This document shows positions 52,001 through 62,974 of a stretch of 64,000 bases of DNA, piece by piece. This stretch comes from Girardia tigrina (lineage: Eukaryota). Positions within the stretch are counted from its first letter, which is position 1. Each line of letters begins with the position of its first letter. A program made the position numbers and the translations under genes. The stretch lies in NCBI GenBank assembly GCA_001938485.1, contig MQRK01238006.1, positions 12,139 through 76,138 on the forward strand. The letters are read 5' to 3'. Below the pieces are notes generated by a model. The model was not told the DNA's origin. It ran no database searches and worked only from the letters and a program-made list of their open reading frames with translations.

Positions 52001-55000
52001 ATGACTCAAATTGTAAAATGCAAAAATAGTTCCTGTTGTCCATCTATACGAGGAAATTATGTAAAAGTAATTAATAATCAGTTTTTACCTGCTCCTATTC
52101 CTCTCGGTTATTCTCCAAAGATTGAATTTGTGACTGCTTCAAAAGAGAAATTAAAATATTCATCTTTGTTTCAAAGTTTACATTTTGAGTCAAATGACAT
52201 GGCGTATGACACACATTGTGCAACATTAAAAGATAAAATAGATGAACGAACTTGTAAGATATGCAGTATTTACTTTGCTTCACTGACATTGTTAAAACAG
52301 CATCAAATTGTGCATTCCTTAAAAGAAAATCATGGCACAGCTGAATTGAAACCAAAAAGGATTCTTAAATGTCGCAATAAGGAAGTACTTGCAATCTTTG
52401 AAGAGACAAAAGGTTTAGAAAATGTCGAATGGATAATGTCGAATGATAATGAAGTTCAGGATGTTTGGATGGTACCAGCAGAAGAAGAATTGACACATTT
52501 TCATATAATAAGCATCGAAAAGCACCTTGAATGCCCTTGGCAGAATGTATAATAAATTTTCTAAAATATGATTTTTTATCTTTAATAAATTTAATTGGGA
52601 GTTTTATTTTCTAATTTTATTATTAGGCCAACTTATGATTATGGAACTTTGCCGACCATTTTTAATATAATAAGTTTAACCTATGATTTTTTATATGGAA
52701 AAAAAATTGTTACGTTACATCTGGAGGGGGTGGGGGCTCCAAGGATTTGTTACGGTCTGTTACAGGGAGGGAGGGAGGGGGTCTAAAAATGATTTTTTCG
52801 CGTTACGTATTATGCGAACGAACCCAATAATATTGCAACATTTATATTTTTACGTTCTATTTTAGAAAATAAATAGAAGTGATAATGGATTATTAGAGTT
52901 GATCTTCATCATTCATACTTATAAACCGAGATTTTTTACAATTAACAGTCTCCGTGAATGTCGATTTCGTCACATGACAAGCTTAGTATCTCGAATGTTA
53001 CTATTATCATCTTGATTGAGAAAATGTAATAATATTCGTTTATTTAAACATTTTTATAAATTAAACTACATAGTACAGATTAGAGGCAGAAATAAATTAA
53101 ATCTAAAAATAGTCTCGAGTTCCATCTAGGTTGAATATACCGGAACAGTAAATATATAAATTCAAGCCTACCTGATATTAAAAGAAGTATCATAAATAAT
53201 TTTATCGAATATTCATTTTTTAGAAGTCTACTTACCGGACGACAGTCCGGACATACCGAACACATTCTCGTGACAAAAAAGTTTACAAAAAAAGAGTGAA
53301 TCACAATTTTAATTCAGAATTTAACAAAATTACTACAACTGAACCAATGGTTAATTTTTACATTTCCATTAACAAATATTAAAATTTTATTTTTAATAAT
53401 TTTAGCTTACAAATAAACGCAAAATCTATACGTCTGTTTAAGAAAATTAAGGTCAAACTACAATGTCATATTTCCAATTCATTCTAAGATTCTTCATAAG
53501 TTTTAATACATTATTTTTGTGACAAAAGTTTAATAAGCCCCCAACTACTTAACCTTTACTTAGCCATTTTACTTAAGTGACTAAAGTTAATCTTTATAAT
53601 TTTAGTTTTTATTGTCTAACGGTAATTTAAATAATCTGGATGTCTTGCTTTGGTTGTAAAGAAATTAATATTTTGTGTTACAATGAGTAAAACATGTTTT
53701 AAATAGATTGTTTATAGTGAATGAAACAATGATTCGTGATCATTTAGGAAATAAAGGATCATTATTTAAATAAATTAATAAACATTATTGAATAATGGGA
53801 ACAGAATAATGATTATTCTAATAATTCATTGTTGGTGCATCATTCGAAGTAGCAAATGGTAATTTGTGCATTAAAATTTCTTAATCCGCTATTAAAGTTT
53901 TTAAAATAGAAAATGTTCTCATTATAGTGTCAGCATTTTAAGATATTCTTCTTTGGTCAAAAATTTTTCAGTCCTTTTAGTATGGAGTTTGGGGCTTAAG
54001 GTACCCGAGATTAGTTATTTAATGTGATAATTAAAAAAATAATTAAAAATTTAATTAATAAAATTAAAAAATTAATTAATTTTAATTTACTTTTATTAGT
54101 GTTGATTCTCAACATTACTGATTTGGTGGGGGCAGATGTTAGCTTTCAGGCCTATAGGAATGCAGCCCTCAATTCTTCAACAATCGACAATCAATAATAG
54201 CAATCATTAATTGTCGCAATAACGAGGGCGGATTTTCGTTCTAATTCGTTGATAAATGGGACCGAATCAATATTGGCGAATTCAAAATAATGTATGATAG
54301 TCAAATGCAAGAAATAAGATAATATCTAAGTTTTGTAAATCGATATCGTCAATCACGATTAAGTTTACAGTCATTGCATAGAGTTAGTTAGACAGAATCC
54401 GATCCAGTTAGTTCACTATCCAGGATCCTCTCGAATCTTCCTTTTCATGAATCTATAATCCTTAATTGTAAATTGGAAATCTTAATTTTCAATCAATTCC
54501 AAATACGAATGGAAATATTTTCGTTAAAGAAAATCTTGTCTGATATGATAAATTTGTTTATCAACTTCATTTCTTTATTCAAATTTTCAAAGATCGATTG
54601 AAATTTATGAAAATTAAATATCAATTTTAATTCAAATTTCTTTTTCATCATCAGTTTCCAAAAAATTTTAATTAAATTTAATTTAAAAAAATATTTTTTA
54701 TAATTATTTTTAAGTACATTTATACCTCTCTTTGCGTCGTTTCGTTTTGCATTTTTTCAAAGTTGCATCGCTGCTTAATTAGTACCAATTTTCACTGTGT
54801 GCCGTTAGATTTTCGTGGTTGCTTTGTTTTGGGGTTGAGTCTTTAACTTTTTTTTCTAAAAGATATTTTTTGTTTCTAATTTTCTGCCATCAATTACTAC
54901 ATGCCATCAAAAATCGGGGATTCTCTTTCTAACTGAAAATCAACACAATTTTAATAATTTTATTTTCACTTGTTTTGCTAATTTTAGAGTTCAGTTTCAA

Positions 55001-56104
55001 TTATGTAGTGTGTTGTGCTTTTTTGTAACGTTACAATTAATGTGTTGTGCTTTTTTTAAAAGAGAATATGTTTTTATAAATTTTTACGGGTTGTTTCTGG
55101 TTATAAAAAAGTTAAATAGTTTTCCAATTTATTTATTGGCAGAGGTATATTATTTTAACATGCACTTGTAATTTTTAGCCAAATAAATGGAAAGTATGTA
55201 TGTAATAAAATTTTATATTATTTTTGTTTTTTAAATGTTTACTTTGTTCAATTTTCTTTTGAAAAAGTAGTATTTTTGTAACCCTGGAACCTACCTTCGA
55301 TCTTTACATGGTTTGCTATAGAAAATGTTAATTCACTTTGAGTCGTTTTTTTGGAACGTAACCATGACACAAATGCAGGTATTGGTGTATATTCATTATT
55401 CTTAACTTAAAATAATCTCGAGAAAAATTAGACGAAAGAATATTTCTTGCATGTAAAACAAATTAATTAAGGAATTTGGGTTTTTATTTATAAAATGGAT
55501 TGTAAAGCTTCCTTTGTGTGTAAAAACTATGATTTTTATTTGGAAAGATTAGGCGATTTAACTAAAACCGTCATAGTTAATTTGGTTTCCATTTGTTCCG
55601 GTAAGACAAAATATTTGATTGCATAGTTATTCTAATTGTGAAAACAATAAAACAAACTAAAATTTTATTTGTGTAAAATAAATTCGTATTTAACCCAAAT
55701 GTATAAAATATCGATAACAGAAAATAGAAAATTGATTTAAAAACATCATGAATATTAAATAAATATTCAAAAATATTAAAATTTAAAAATAGAATAGCTA
55801 CCAAAATGTCGTATATCTTGTCATGGTTTATATATATTTACAACACTTAAATCGTGTAAGAATAAAAAAATCTTACTCTTTCTACATCAGCGATACTTTC
55901 TTCGCTAAAATGAGCTGTTCCAACAATATATACTATTGAGCCGCACGACTTTTTTAAGAGTGTCACTGTTTCTGGTAATTCAAAGTCAAAATCTCTTTCT
56001 GCAGTTACTCTTTCATGGTAAAGATTTATTAAATCTTCACACTCTTCGTCTGACATTTTATCACGAAAACCACAACAATTGTCCACAACATCACTTTCGC
56101 TCAT
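25018..56104 (-). CDS. TRABD: TraB domain-containing protein, 335 aa; exons 56104-55877, 36880-36638, 36596-36457, 29633-29367, 25147-25018
   Basis: All introns GT-AG with consistent phases (0,0,2,2); total 1008 nt. Motifs VYIVGTAHFSEES, VILELC..R, PGGEFRAA, LGDRKIGVTLKRA, VEERDRYL, VAVVGIGH, and a C-terminal hydrophobic anchor SFVTVVGYSVY. Confidence 0.92.
25514..28392 (+). mobile_element. Full-length decayed hAT transposon with long subterminal inverted repeats
   Basis: Termini CTGGGGTGGGGCCCCG / CGGGCTCCACCCCAG; 8-bp TSD GTTATCTC/GTTTTCTC; BED finger CKMC..LKQHLDNKHP, LDGWEN, IADNA, AAHIINLIIKD, PVSDAAVERCFS. Confidence 0.9.
28695..28737 (+). ncRNA. Minimal type I hammerhead ribozyme
   Basis: ttgtt-CTGAAGA-t-GACG-gttgatt-CGTC-GAAAT-ta-ATA-aacaa: 5-bp stem I, 4-bp stem II, palindromic stem III, AUA site. 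Confidence 0.8.
29790..30529 (-). mobile_element. Internally deleted mariner (DD34D) copy
   Basis: TIRs cttaggctgtcccaaaagt / acttttgggacagcctaag with TA flanks; WWHDNTRSH..SPYSPDFNLSD (34 residues between the aspartates). Confidence 0.88.
30540..30945 (+). mobile_element. Internally deleted Tc1-like element (D35E spacing)
   Basis: TIRs cagtcaggtgcaaaagtttgtgaacgcttg / caagcgatcacaaatttttgcacctgactg with TA flanks; QHDGAPC..LGPWPGNSPDLNSIE. Confidence 0.9.
32570..34500 (+). mobile_element. hAT (ZMYM/DUF4371-like) transposase pseudogene with right end
   Basis: ADETPDLSQKEQ, EERFISF, QGYDNGA, TKWSARL, FLTIPVSVVKAERSLIALKRITNYFRSTMTQD; GC-rich right end cctgggcctcc...ggcgtctct; left boundary approximate. 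Confidence 0.85.
33742..34028. repeat. Perfect 144-bp tandem duplication inside the hAT pseudogene
   Basis: agttttatggaattttaatgatatggaag... starts at both 33742 and 33886. Confidence 0.95.
34592..34628 (+). ncRNA. Minimal type I hammerhead ribozyme (probable solo Penelope pLTR, ~34500-34705)
   Basis: tgca-CTGAAGA-t-GCC-gaaat-GGT-GAAAC-gc-GTA-tgta, then AATAAA and (TA)n. Confidence 0.8.
37722..39935 (+). mobile_element. mariner (DD34D, mellifera-subfamily-like), near full length, interrupted by a DD37E element
   Basis: TIRs ttaggttggggaaaaag / ctttttccccaacctaa with TA TSD; MEVNKERIRY, WVPHQL, TGDEKW, HYDNAKPH, PYSPDLAPSD. Confidence 0.95.
38354..39307 (-). mobile_element. DD37E (ITmD37E-type) element, internally deleted
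   Basis: ~50-bp TIRs aggtgtgtccactaaaaaagtgca... / ...tgcactttttagtggacacacct; TA duplicated in the mariner Tyr codon; FWPDLVSCHYAK..PIEKF with 37 residues between D and E. Confidence 0.9.
39954..42091. mobile_element. Mutator-like non-autonomous element with tandem subterminal repeats; hosts a mariner
   Basis: Ends ggtaccacgttaaaatgtcgaaaaa / tttttcgacgttttaacgtgccacg; direct flanks CATTTTAT (39946-39953, 42092-42099); repeated aaaacgtcgaaaa units. Confidence 0.7.
40346..41520 (+). mobile_element. mariner (mellifera-subfamily-like), decayed with a short 3' deletion
   Basis: TIRs ttgggttggccaaaaagtcattgcg / cgcaatgacgttttggccaacccaa with TA TSD; MANQNERIRY..FRKGK, WLPHEL, ITGD, HDNARPH, HPPYSPD. 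Confidence 0.93.
42355..43225 (-). mobile_element. Non-autonomous Helitron-like element, copy 1
   Basis: Minus-strand 3' end is a GC-rich hairpin plus CTAG|T; shares both ends with the copy at 61866-62300. Confidence 0.7.
43297..43350 (+). mobile_element. Helitron-like 3' terminus (second family)
   Basis: ggccaaccg-aaaaagttgca-gaaat-tgcaacttttt-gccacc-cggttgcc-CTAG|T hairpin. Confidence 0.55.
44678..47170 (-). mobile_element. MULE (Mutator) transposase pseudogene with a degenerate SWIM finger, split by a TIR element
   Basis: GTTDLDRHFH, IISDGSDA, IMCWVHMRRNV; C-terminus YTCPSFLKQY|MIIHLIG..GEKRKKGR joins across the insertion; tandem actgatcaat repeats at 47000-47170. Confidence 0.85.
44807..45991 (-). 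mobile_element. Tc1/mariner-superfamily element (CAGGGTG termini, maT-like); interior mostly N
   Basis: Perfect TIRs cagggtgcggcagctatttgagaaca / tgttctcaaatagctgccgcaccctg with TA TSD. Confidence 0.85.
49566..50975 (-). mobile_element. mariner (DD34D), near-complete copy of the 29790-30529 family, with long TIRs
   Basis: VWVPHEL, IVDETW, HDNARPH; the left-end sequence ctgaatattcagactgccataaatactgtgttaaaatttcaaagcataaa recurs inverted at 50915-50970. Confidence 0.9.
51088..51168. mobile_element. 81-bp TTAA-flanked MITE (piggyBac-like)
   Basis: TTAA|ccacttaaca...tgttaagtgg|TTAA. Confidence 0.65.
51299..52825 (+). mobile_element. Zator DNA transposon, 5'-deleted, both TIRs present; open 325-aa transposase C-terminal part (51575-52552)
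   Basis: TIRs gggcttgttcgcatattacgtaacgc / gcgttacgtattatgcgaacgaaccc; VDGGPGENPRY, APHRSAFNPVERRMAPLS, DHFGSHLD, C-terminal C2H2 finger. Confidence 0.85.
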
Positions 56105-56489
56105 TTTATTAATTTAAAAAATTGCTGTTTAATTTAAATTTAAATGTTTAATTTAAACAAACGTTTACAGTCACTCAACCTCGAAATGTTATTTGTATTA
56201 AATATCAAAAACTCTTTAAATCTTCGTTTCGTTGATCAGAATTTTTTTTACTTTTTACTAATGGAAAAAGTTAGCAATCTATAAAAATTAATTTTAATAG
56301 TCGATTTTCATCTTTACTGTTGAAATTGAAAGATTATTACAAAAATGTTTTCTTTCTAAATATAATTACTTTAGACATGGAGTCTCAAATACGTGGCCTG
56401 ACAGAAATTAAATTGATTTTATGGATTTAAACATTTTCATACAAATACTGTCGTATCATAAGTATAGATCTTATTACTATTCTAAAAAA

Positions 56490-56718
56490 TATGATTTTAT
56501 CGATGATAATTGCTCAAATCACTCGTATTACAAAATACAGTTAACTTCGTATATCTCAAATTCTTGGGGACCATGGAAAAAATTGATATAGGAAATTTGA
56601 GACAAATGATTTACAACAAAAACACACATTTTGGTTGAAAAGACAAAGTTTTTGGGATATGTGATCAGCAAATATGGCATAGAAACAGATCACACAAAGA
56701 TCGATGCGATTAAAGATC
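56490..56718 (+). mobile_element. Gypsy RT fragment
   Basis: FIDD..., KTKFLGYVISKYGIETDHTKIDAIKD. Confidence 0.65.
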
Positions 56719-56719
56719 G

Positions 56720-59610
56720 TGTCAATCATGGGGTGCTAACCCAGCAGATTTTCCTAATCCAGTTATGCAACCGGATCGAGGTGTGCTTGTATATAAGTTA
56801 TGTCAATTGAATGATTAGTTTATTATTGTGTTATTAGTATATCTTAGAAAAGCATCTTGTCTCTTAACATAGCGACCACTCACGGAGTACAAAATTTTAT
56901 CAGACCACCAGAAACATTTCAGAGAAACGAAGACCTTTATAATTTTATTCTGGAATTAAAAATATTCTTCGAGCTCACGCAACAGCCTACAGAATTTCAG
57001 GAAACTCTGACAAAAGCATTCTTGTCAGTCGAATTAGTAACCCAATATGAAGAAACCCAAAGCACAGCTGAAGGATTTTAAGACCGACTCTGAAAAGCGT
57101 TTGAACCAAAAAAATGTAGCACTAGATCTGGAAGCTGCGTTACGTTTCCGTAAAGCGGATGAGAATTGCTCACAATTCTTTGAAAAAATCGAAAAGTTAG
57201 TTGATAATATTCTCAGACACAAGTTAACGAAGCCGGCATTAATGTTGTTCCTGACACAACATGCAATTGAAGACAGAGAAACAAAGAAATAGCTCAAGAT
57301 GCGAGATGTCAAATCGTTGGACAAGGCCAAGGAAGTGATTTGCAGAATGGAAGAAATAAAGAAAGAATTAGAAAGCGAACAATCACTCACTGCAGTTCAC
57401 GTAAAAAACATATGCCGATTGTGCAAGAAAACCGAGACGAGAGACTGATTTCAGGCGGCAGACGATGCAGAGCGCGAGTAACGTAAACCAATTGCGTCAT
57501 TTTAGAAGATTTCCAAATTATGAACGAAATCCTGGTCCAGCTCGAGTTCGCAGATGCTGGGCATGCAAAGAAGAAGGCCACATTCGCGCAGAATGCCCGA
57601 GCATAAGATGCAACAAGTGTAACAAAAGTGGACATTTCAAATATCAATGCTGGTCAAATAGAAAATCTTTTGACGATCGACAGGGATGCTTCAAACAGAG
57701 ATATGGCAACAGAAACCTTAGTCAAGACAACAGTGGGAGATACAAAGACCATCCAACGATAGATCATGATGAAGACAAAAGTCGTCATATGAACTCAATC
57801 AATATGTTCGAGGACGATCGAACGGTACAGATGGAAGAAGAAGCACGGAGCAATGATCGAGATTTGAAAGGAGAGGCTCCGACTTACAGGGAGGCGCTAG
57901 GAGCTATCAATCTGGGTTAAGTAAGTATGTGATTGACACCGAATGTGTATGAAGATAGTGAATTTGCGATTTTGAATGATGCTGAATGTGCTGAATATGA
58001 GTGTGATGATAATAATAATATTAATGAAAATGTTACGAAAAATAACGCAATTTGAAACGAGTGTGAATGTACTGATAATATTTTTACTAATAATGATTTT
58101 ATTTATGATACTTTGAGTGTATGTTGTATTAAAGAAAGACGTGATGAAATATTATCTTTAAAAAATAGTGATTATCCTTATTATAATTCTTTCAATTCTA
58201 ATAATGTTAATGATAATAATTCACTTTTGGAGTTGAATCTAAGGAGACCCCACGCTTTAACAAAAATAGCATATGAGGTAATGAATTGTAGGCCTAGTAT
58301 AAAAATTTGTTTAGATGACGTAATTAAATATTTTTTATTTTTATCCTTTCAATTAAATAATACGACGTTATTATTTATGTTCATTTAAAAAAGATATTAT
58401 ATTTAAATTTAAATAAATATTATATTATTATTTATATTAAAAGGTAAATATTATTATTTATATGAAGAAGTTAAGAAAAGAAGTTAAATTATAAGGTTAG
58501 AAAATAATTACATTAAAGAGGTCAAAACAAACAATAGAAGAAACGTAGGTACGACCTACAAGGTTAAGAAATCACACTACCTACAGAATTGGAAGAAGAT
58601 ATATAAAGAAGAAGCAATAGATCACTAGTGAGAAAATTTTATTTAGGTAAGTTAATAAACGTACGGAGAAAATTTTATAAATAATTTAGGATCATCCGAT
58701 CCTATTAATTAATTTGTAGAATAAGTTTTATTTGAATTTATTGAAGAAGAAGTTTTCCGTTATATTCAATTATCGAACAGAAGCTTTCCGTTATTATTCA
58801 ATTTTGGAAACAGAAGCCTTCCTGTTGATTATTCAAATTAATTATTGAAGAAGTTCCGGCCACTGCTATTATTTTTCCGACCGTTGATAATTTTCGAGAG
58901 GAATTTTGCTATTATTTGGAGAGAAAACGTTAACTTGCGATAAGCATAAATTCTAACACATTCATACTATATTTTAAACTCCAATATTTAATCTATTATT
59001 AATATTTATATTATATTTTCAAAATTAAGTAATAACTATTTATATTTTAAAATCATTCGATAGTCTGTAAACGAAGTTTTGTGACTATTTGAATTTCTGC
59101 ATTGCACACATAAGTTATTGTTATATATTTTAACTACTAAACAAGTTGTAATGCTGTGCATGTATAAATATACTTTATAAAAAGAAAATTGGTGTTGTCT
59201 TTTTAATTCATTAAATATTAATTATAAATCATTTATCAATTTTCAACTCACACGAAAATCTATTACAAACAGTAGAAGATCCAATTTAATTTTTAAATTG
59301 TATCTTCCTTTGTTGATCTCAAAGAGGGTCGCAGACTTAATAAATTCAATCAAACCTGTGGGAATCAACAGGTTACTGAAAGATGATATCGTAACGACAA
59401 TGGATAACAAATACTGGATTCCGAAAGGTAAAAGGACTGAATTCGTTGAAGAAATATACAAGATGTTGTGTCACGCTGGTAGCAAGAAAGTTTATAATTA
59501 TTTGAAAGATGATTTCAATATGGAAGATATGAGAAAAACGGTAAAGGAAATTGTACAAAGTTGTTGAAGAAATAAGAAGAAAAATATGTTGAAGAAAAAT
59601 AAGTGAATTC
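56720..59610 (+). mobile_element. Gypsy element: ~150-bp 5' LTR (56720-56869), gag with two CCHC knuckles, integrase zinc-binding remnant; interrupted ~58288-59280
   Basis: TGTCAA...TTAACA followed by PBS-like tagcgacc; CWACKEEGHIRAEC, CNKCNKSGHFKYQC; YKMLCHAGSKK..VQSC. Confidence 0.8.
58746..58860. repeat. Imperfect ~32-bp tandem repeat, 3-4 units
   Basis: Repeated aacagaagctttccgttattattcaatt-like units. Confidence 0.6.
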
Positions 59611-59779
59611 ACAAAATATATATGTAAACATACATAAAGGTGAAATTTTAAATATTATACAATTAATTAGATTTATTTGGATGAAGGCCTTTAAAGGTTA
59701 TTAATAAATTTATAATTTTTTTAAAAAATATTTTACAAAATTATAAAAACCTAAATTATTTATGAAATCAAATTTTGTT

Positions 59780-59990
59780 GAATTTAACGTTTCCTTAATT
59801 ATTACTCAAATTGTACGAGATGTAAGCTGAGGAGGTCGACCACTTGATTTTTTTACCATAATCGATTGGATTGCTGAGATATCTTTTTACAGAGTCAAGT
59901 GAGCGCTCCAATTTCTGCGAAATTTTTCCAGTTACTTTTACCATAGTTCTTCTTTTCATAAATTCGATCTTTCTCATAATCTGTTTACTT
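59780..59990 (-). mobile_element. Tc1/Tc3-like HTH fragment
   Basis: KISQKLERSLDSVKRYLSNPIDYGKK. Confidence 0.55.
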
Positions 59991-60019
59991 CGGACACAAA
60001 CGGACCAGATCACAAACGT

Positions 60020-60889
60020 CCAGTTCTGATATACTTGTTCGCATTGAGAACACAAAACAGATTTGTCTCCTTTCATTACACAAAAAGATGGTTGTGATTG
60101 ACTGGCATTATACAAAGAGTTCTTCAAGGCAGTTGCAAAGATCTTTGGACAACTTGGCAGCGGTGGTTGAAAGTTGCTGACATTTACTACTGAATCCAGT
60201 TGTTCACCATTCATATATTTGTGAATGAGCAAACGCAGTTATCTGAAGCTTCTAAAGGTAAACTTCACAAGTAGTTGGACGCTCTGGGAGTTCCTGAATT
60301 CCATCAATACGTTTGCGAACGCGAATATCATTCAATTGCAGTCATTCCGAGGCATTTGCGTATATTTATGAAACATAAACTCAAAATGATACCAGTGTCC
60401 GAGGCAGCTGGGGAGATGTTTTAGTGTCCACAAATTTATTCATTCTCCTTTGAGAGAGATCATGTCGAATGAAGCTGTGGATGACATTCTTTTTATTCGA
60501 TATAATCGCTCCTTTAAGTATGAACTTTTTTCTCCATTAATAACTGAAGACTGCAGTGAATTTGATTGTCTTACCATTGATGAGGATGATGGTTACAAGT
60601 GAAAACATTTTTCTTTGTACATTGATTTTGAAATAAAGATATATAAGTAGTTACTTTTTGATATGAATGTCTGAATATTATTGATAAGTCTATTTATGAA
60701 AAGTGATCAAAGAGGGGGTAAATACTAATCAAAAACATGCCAAGACATAAATAATTTCAAAATTAAAATGACAGCATCCAAATGATTTAAAATTCTGCCA
60801 ATGAACGATAACTAAAAAATGTCAAGACGACTTGTGCTGTAGTCCATCGACCGTAAATTAGTACCAAGAACGTTCGATCTCCACGCCAG
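60020..60889 (+). mobile_element. 3' fragment of the same hAT family as 25514-28392
   Basis: Collinear nucleotide similarity to 27205-27845 and 28274-28392; ends ctccacgccag. Confidence 0.9.
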
Positions 60890-61607
60890 GTGATATGTGT
60901 ATTCGGTTGTACTTAAAAAAGATAACATTGTGGTATATACCGATTTCGAAAAATAACGATCTGGATGATTCCTACAAGGAATTTCGTAAGTATTTCGTAA
61001 GTATCAAACTGCATAGCCTGCGTCGAGACAGTTCAGCTTACCCGTCATGTATGATGGGTCTTTTTCTAGTTTTATAATATTCATAAATTCCTAGTGCTTG
61101 AAATTTAATGGTCCGCATGGTAGAACGATAAAATTCAAAGATTAGATAACTACACAGAGATTTGCATGTTTGAAAAAGAAATAAAAAATAGATAATATAC
61201 AAGAGAAATAATAGCTTGAATTTCAGACCTTCTTGTAAATCTAAATAGAAAATAATAATTATTACCTAAAAACTAGAAAACCAAAATCACTTCCAATAAC
61301 TAAACAATTTCCTAAAAAAACAATTTTTTACGGAATAAGTAGAATCAGTTGTTGATGACTATTTGGTAGAACTTAAAAAAAGTCGTTGGATGAAGTGCAT
61401 TGTAAAAGGAAAGATATTTCAAAGCCATTTTTTTTAATTTTTCACTAACTTTTAAAGTCACCCTCGTAGCTTGACAACATAAATAGTTCTTAAAATGTGT
61501 TTTGTTAACATTTTTAACTTACCTTTTCATTTAGAATAACTTCTAACTGAACAAGGTTCATTAATATTTCATTTTTCCATTCTTTTTATTAACTTACTTT
61601 ATTTATA

Positions 61608-61608
61608 C

Positions 61609-61646
<38 letters not shown>
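61608..61646. repeat. (TA)n microsatellite
   Basis: Directly visible run. Confidence 0.95.
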
Positions 61647-61650
<4 letters not shown>

Positions 61651-61865
61651 GTGTGCTTATGTGTATTCATGGAATTTAGAAACCTGTTTTTTAAGGTCTT
61701 TTACTCAATTAATTTTCTTCAATCTTTGCACACTTACTCATTCTCGATGACAATAAATGATGATGTAAAAATTTGATCGAAATAAAAACTTTTTAAGAAC
61801 CCAAAATGGGAAAAAACGGAAAATTCGGAGTTCCTGAACAATATTAATTGTAAGATATCTAGTTA

Positions 61866-62300
61866 CTAGCGCGCTCGGCCCGCTTCGCGGCCCTCTCTTG
61901 CCGGGGGTTGAATTTTTTTTATATTATAAAAGCCCAAGTCACTCACTGCCTCACTAACGCTGTAAGGTAAATTTTTGAAATGATTGTATATTAATAAATA
62001 AATATATTAATATACAATCATTTCTTTATTGATTATAAAATCATTTCAAAAATTTCACAGCTTGTAAAAACGAATAACAAATCTATAAAATTTATTTTTC
62101 AACAAATAATACTTTTAAATAAATAATTATCTATTATNNNNNNNNNNNNNNNNNNNNNNNNNNNNNNNAAAATGTCTAGATTCTAATAAAACACTCACTA
62201 CAGTGAATAATCAATAAAATCTATTCTTAGTAACTACGTCAGCGTTAGTGAAGCAGTGAGGCAGGCAGGCAGTGAGTGACTTGGGCTTTTATAAGATAAA
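61866..62300 (-). mobile_element. Non-autonomous Helitron-like element, copy 2
   Basis: A|CTAGcgcgctcggcccgcttcgcggccc...; same ends as 42355-43225. Confidence 0.7.
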
Positions 62301-62767
62301 TTATAATAAGTAATTTATATTGATTTTTAATGTTTTTTTAATTTTAAAATTTGTTGGCAAAGTACAATTCTGTCTGCATGGATATAAAAAATTTATTTTT
62401 TTGATTTATTAGTTTTATTACTACCGAACTCGGTAGTAATCACAATCATATATTCTTTATATAACCACCGGAGGTCAGTCAACGTACTTTGACAGTTGTC
62501 CTCAATATGTATCATCAAATCGATAACGATGAAAAATATATAATTTATTTTTAATAAAAAGAAGAAATCTAATCGCAGATATGCCAAATCAAAGACAAAT
62601 TGAGTCATCTTCAGATAAGATTATCAACAAAACCATCTTTATTATATGCGTCACAACAAAAGTACAATTTCGATCAATAAACACACAATAAATAAATATA
62701 AATTTATTTCATGTAAAATCAATATTACAATGCAAAATATTATGCTCAATAACGATTAATCATTGTT

Positions 62768-62974
62768 TTATTCTGAGCCACCGAATGCAACGAACTTTCC
62801 TTTAGCAGAATCGAATGTTTCCGGAGTATTGATCTGGAGCAGCATAAAGAATCCGAAAGACATGATCGCCAGCATAACAACTGTAGCTACGATAACCGAA
62901 TAGACACCGATCGAAAAGAATCCGACGCAATCATTTGGGAGACCGAATTTCATACTATTACTGAAAACTTGGAT
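62768..62974 (-). CDS. ATP6AP1: Last exon of V-type ATPase accessory subunit S1 (Ac45); upstream exons not identified
   Basis: CAG acceptor at 62975-62977; 69 codons IQVF..FGLPNDCVGFFSIG-(TM)-MLLQINTPETFDSAKGK, matching the Ac45 DCxxFFS..TM..TxDRFDDPKGK pattern. Confidence 0.85.
   Translation of the reverse strand: MQVFSNSMKFGLPNDCVGFFSIGVYSVIVATVVMLAIMSFGFFMLLQINTPETFDSAKGKFVAFGGSE

Noticed and set aside
59795-60232. 145-aa ORF
   Set aside because: Antisense hAT sequence joined to a Tc1 HTH fragment
62590-62616. Fourth hammerhead (ctgaagatgac..gtc on -)
   Set aside because: The GAAA box and stem III are missing
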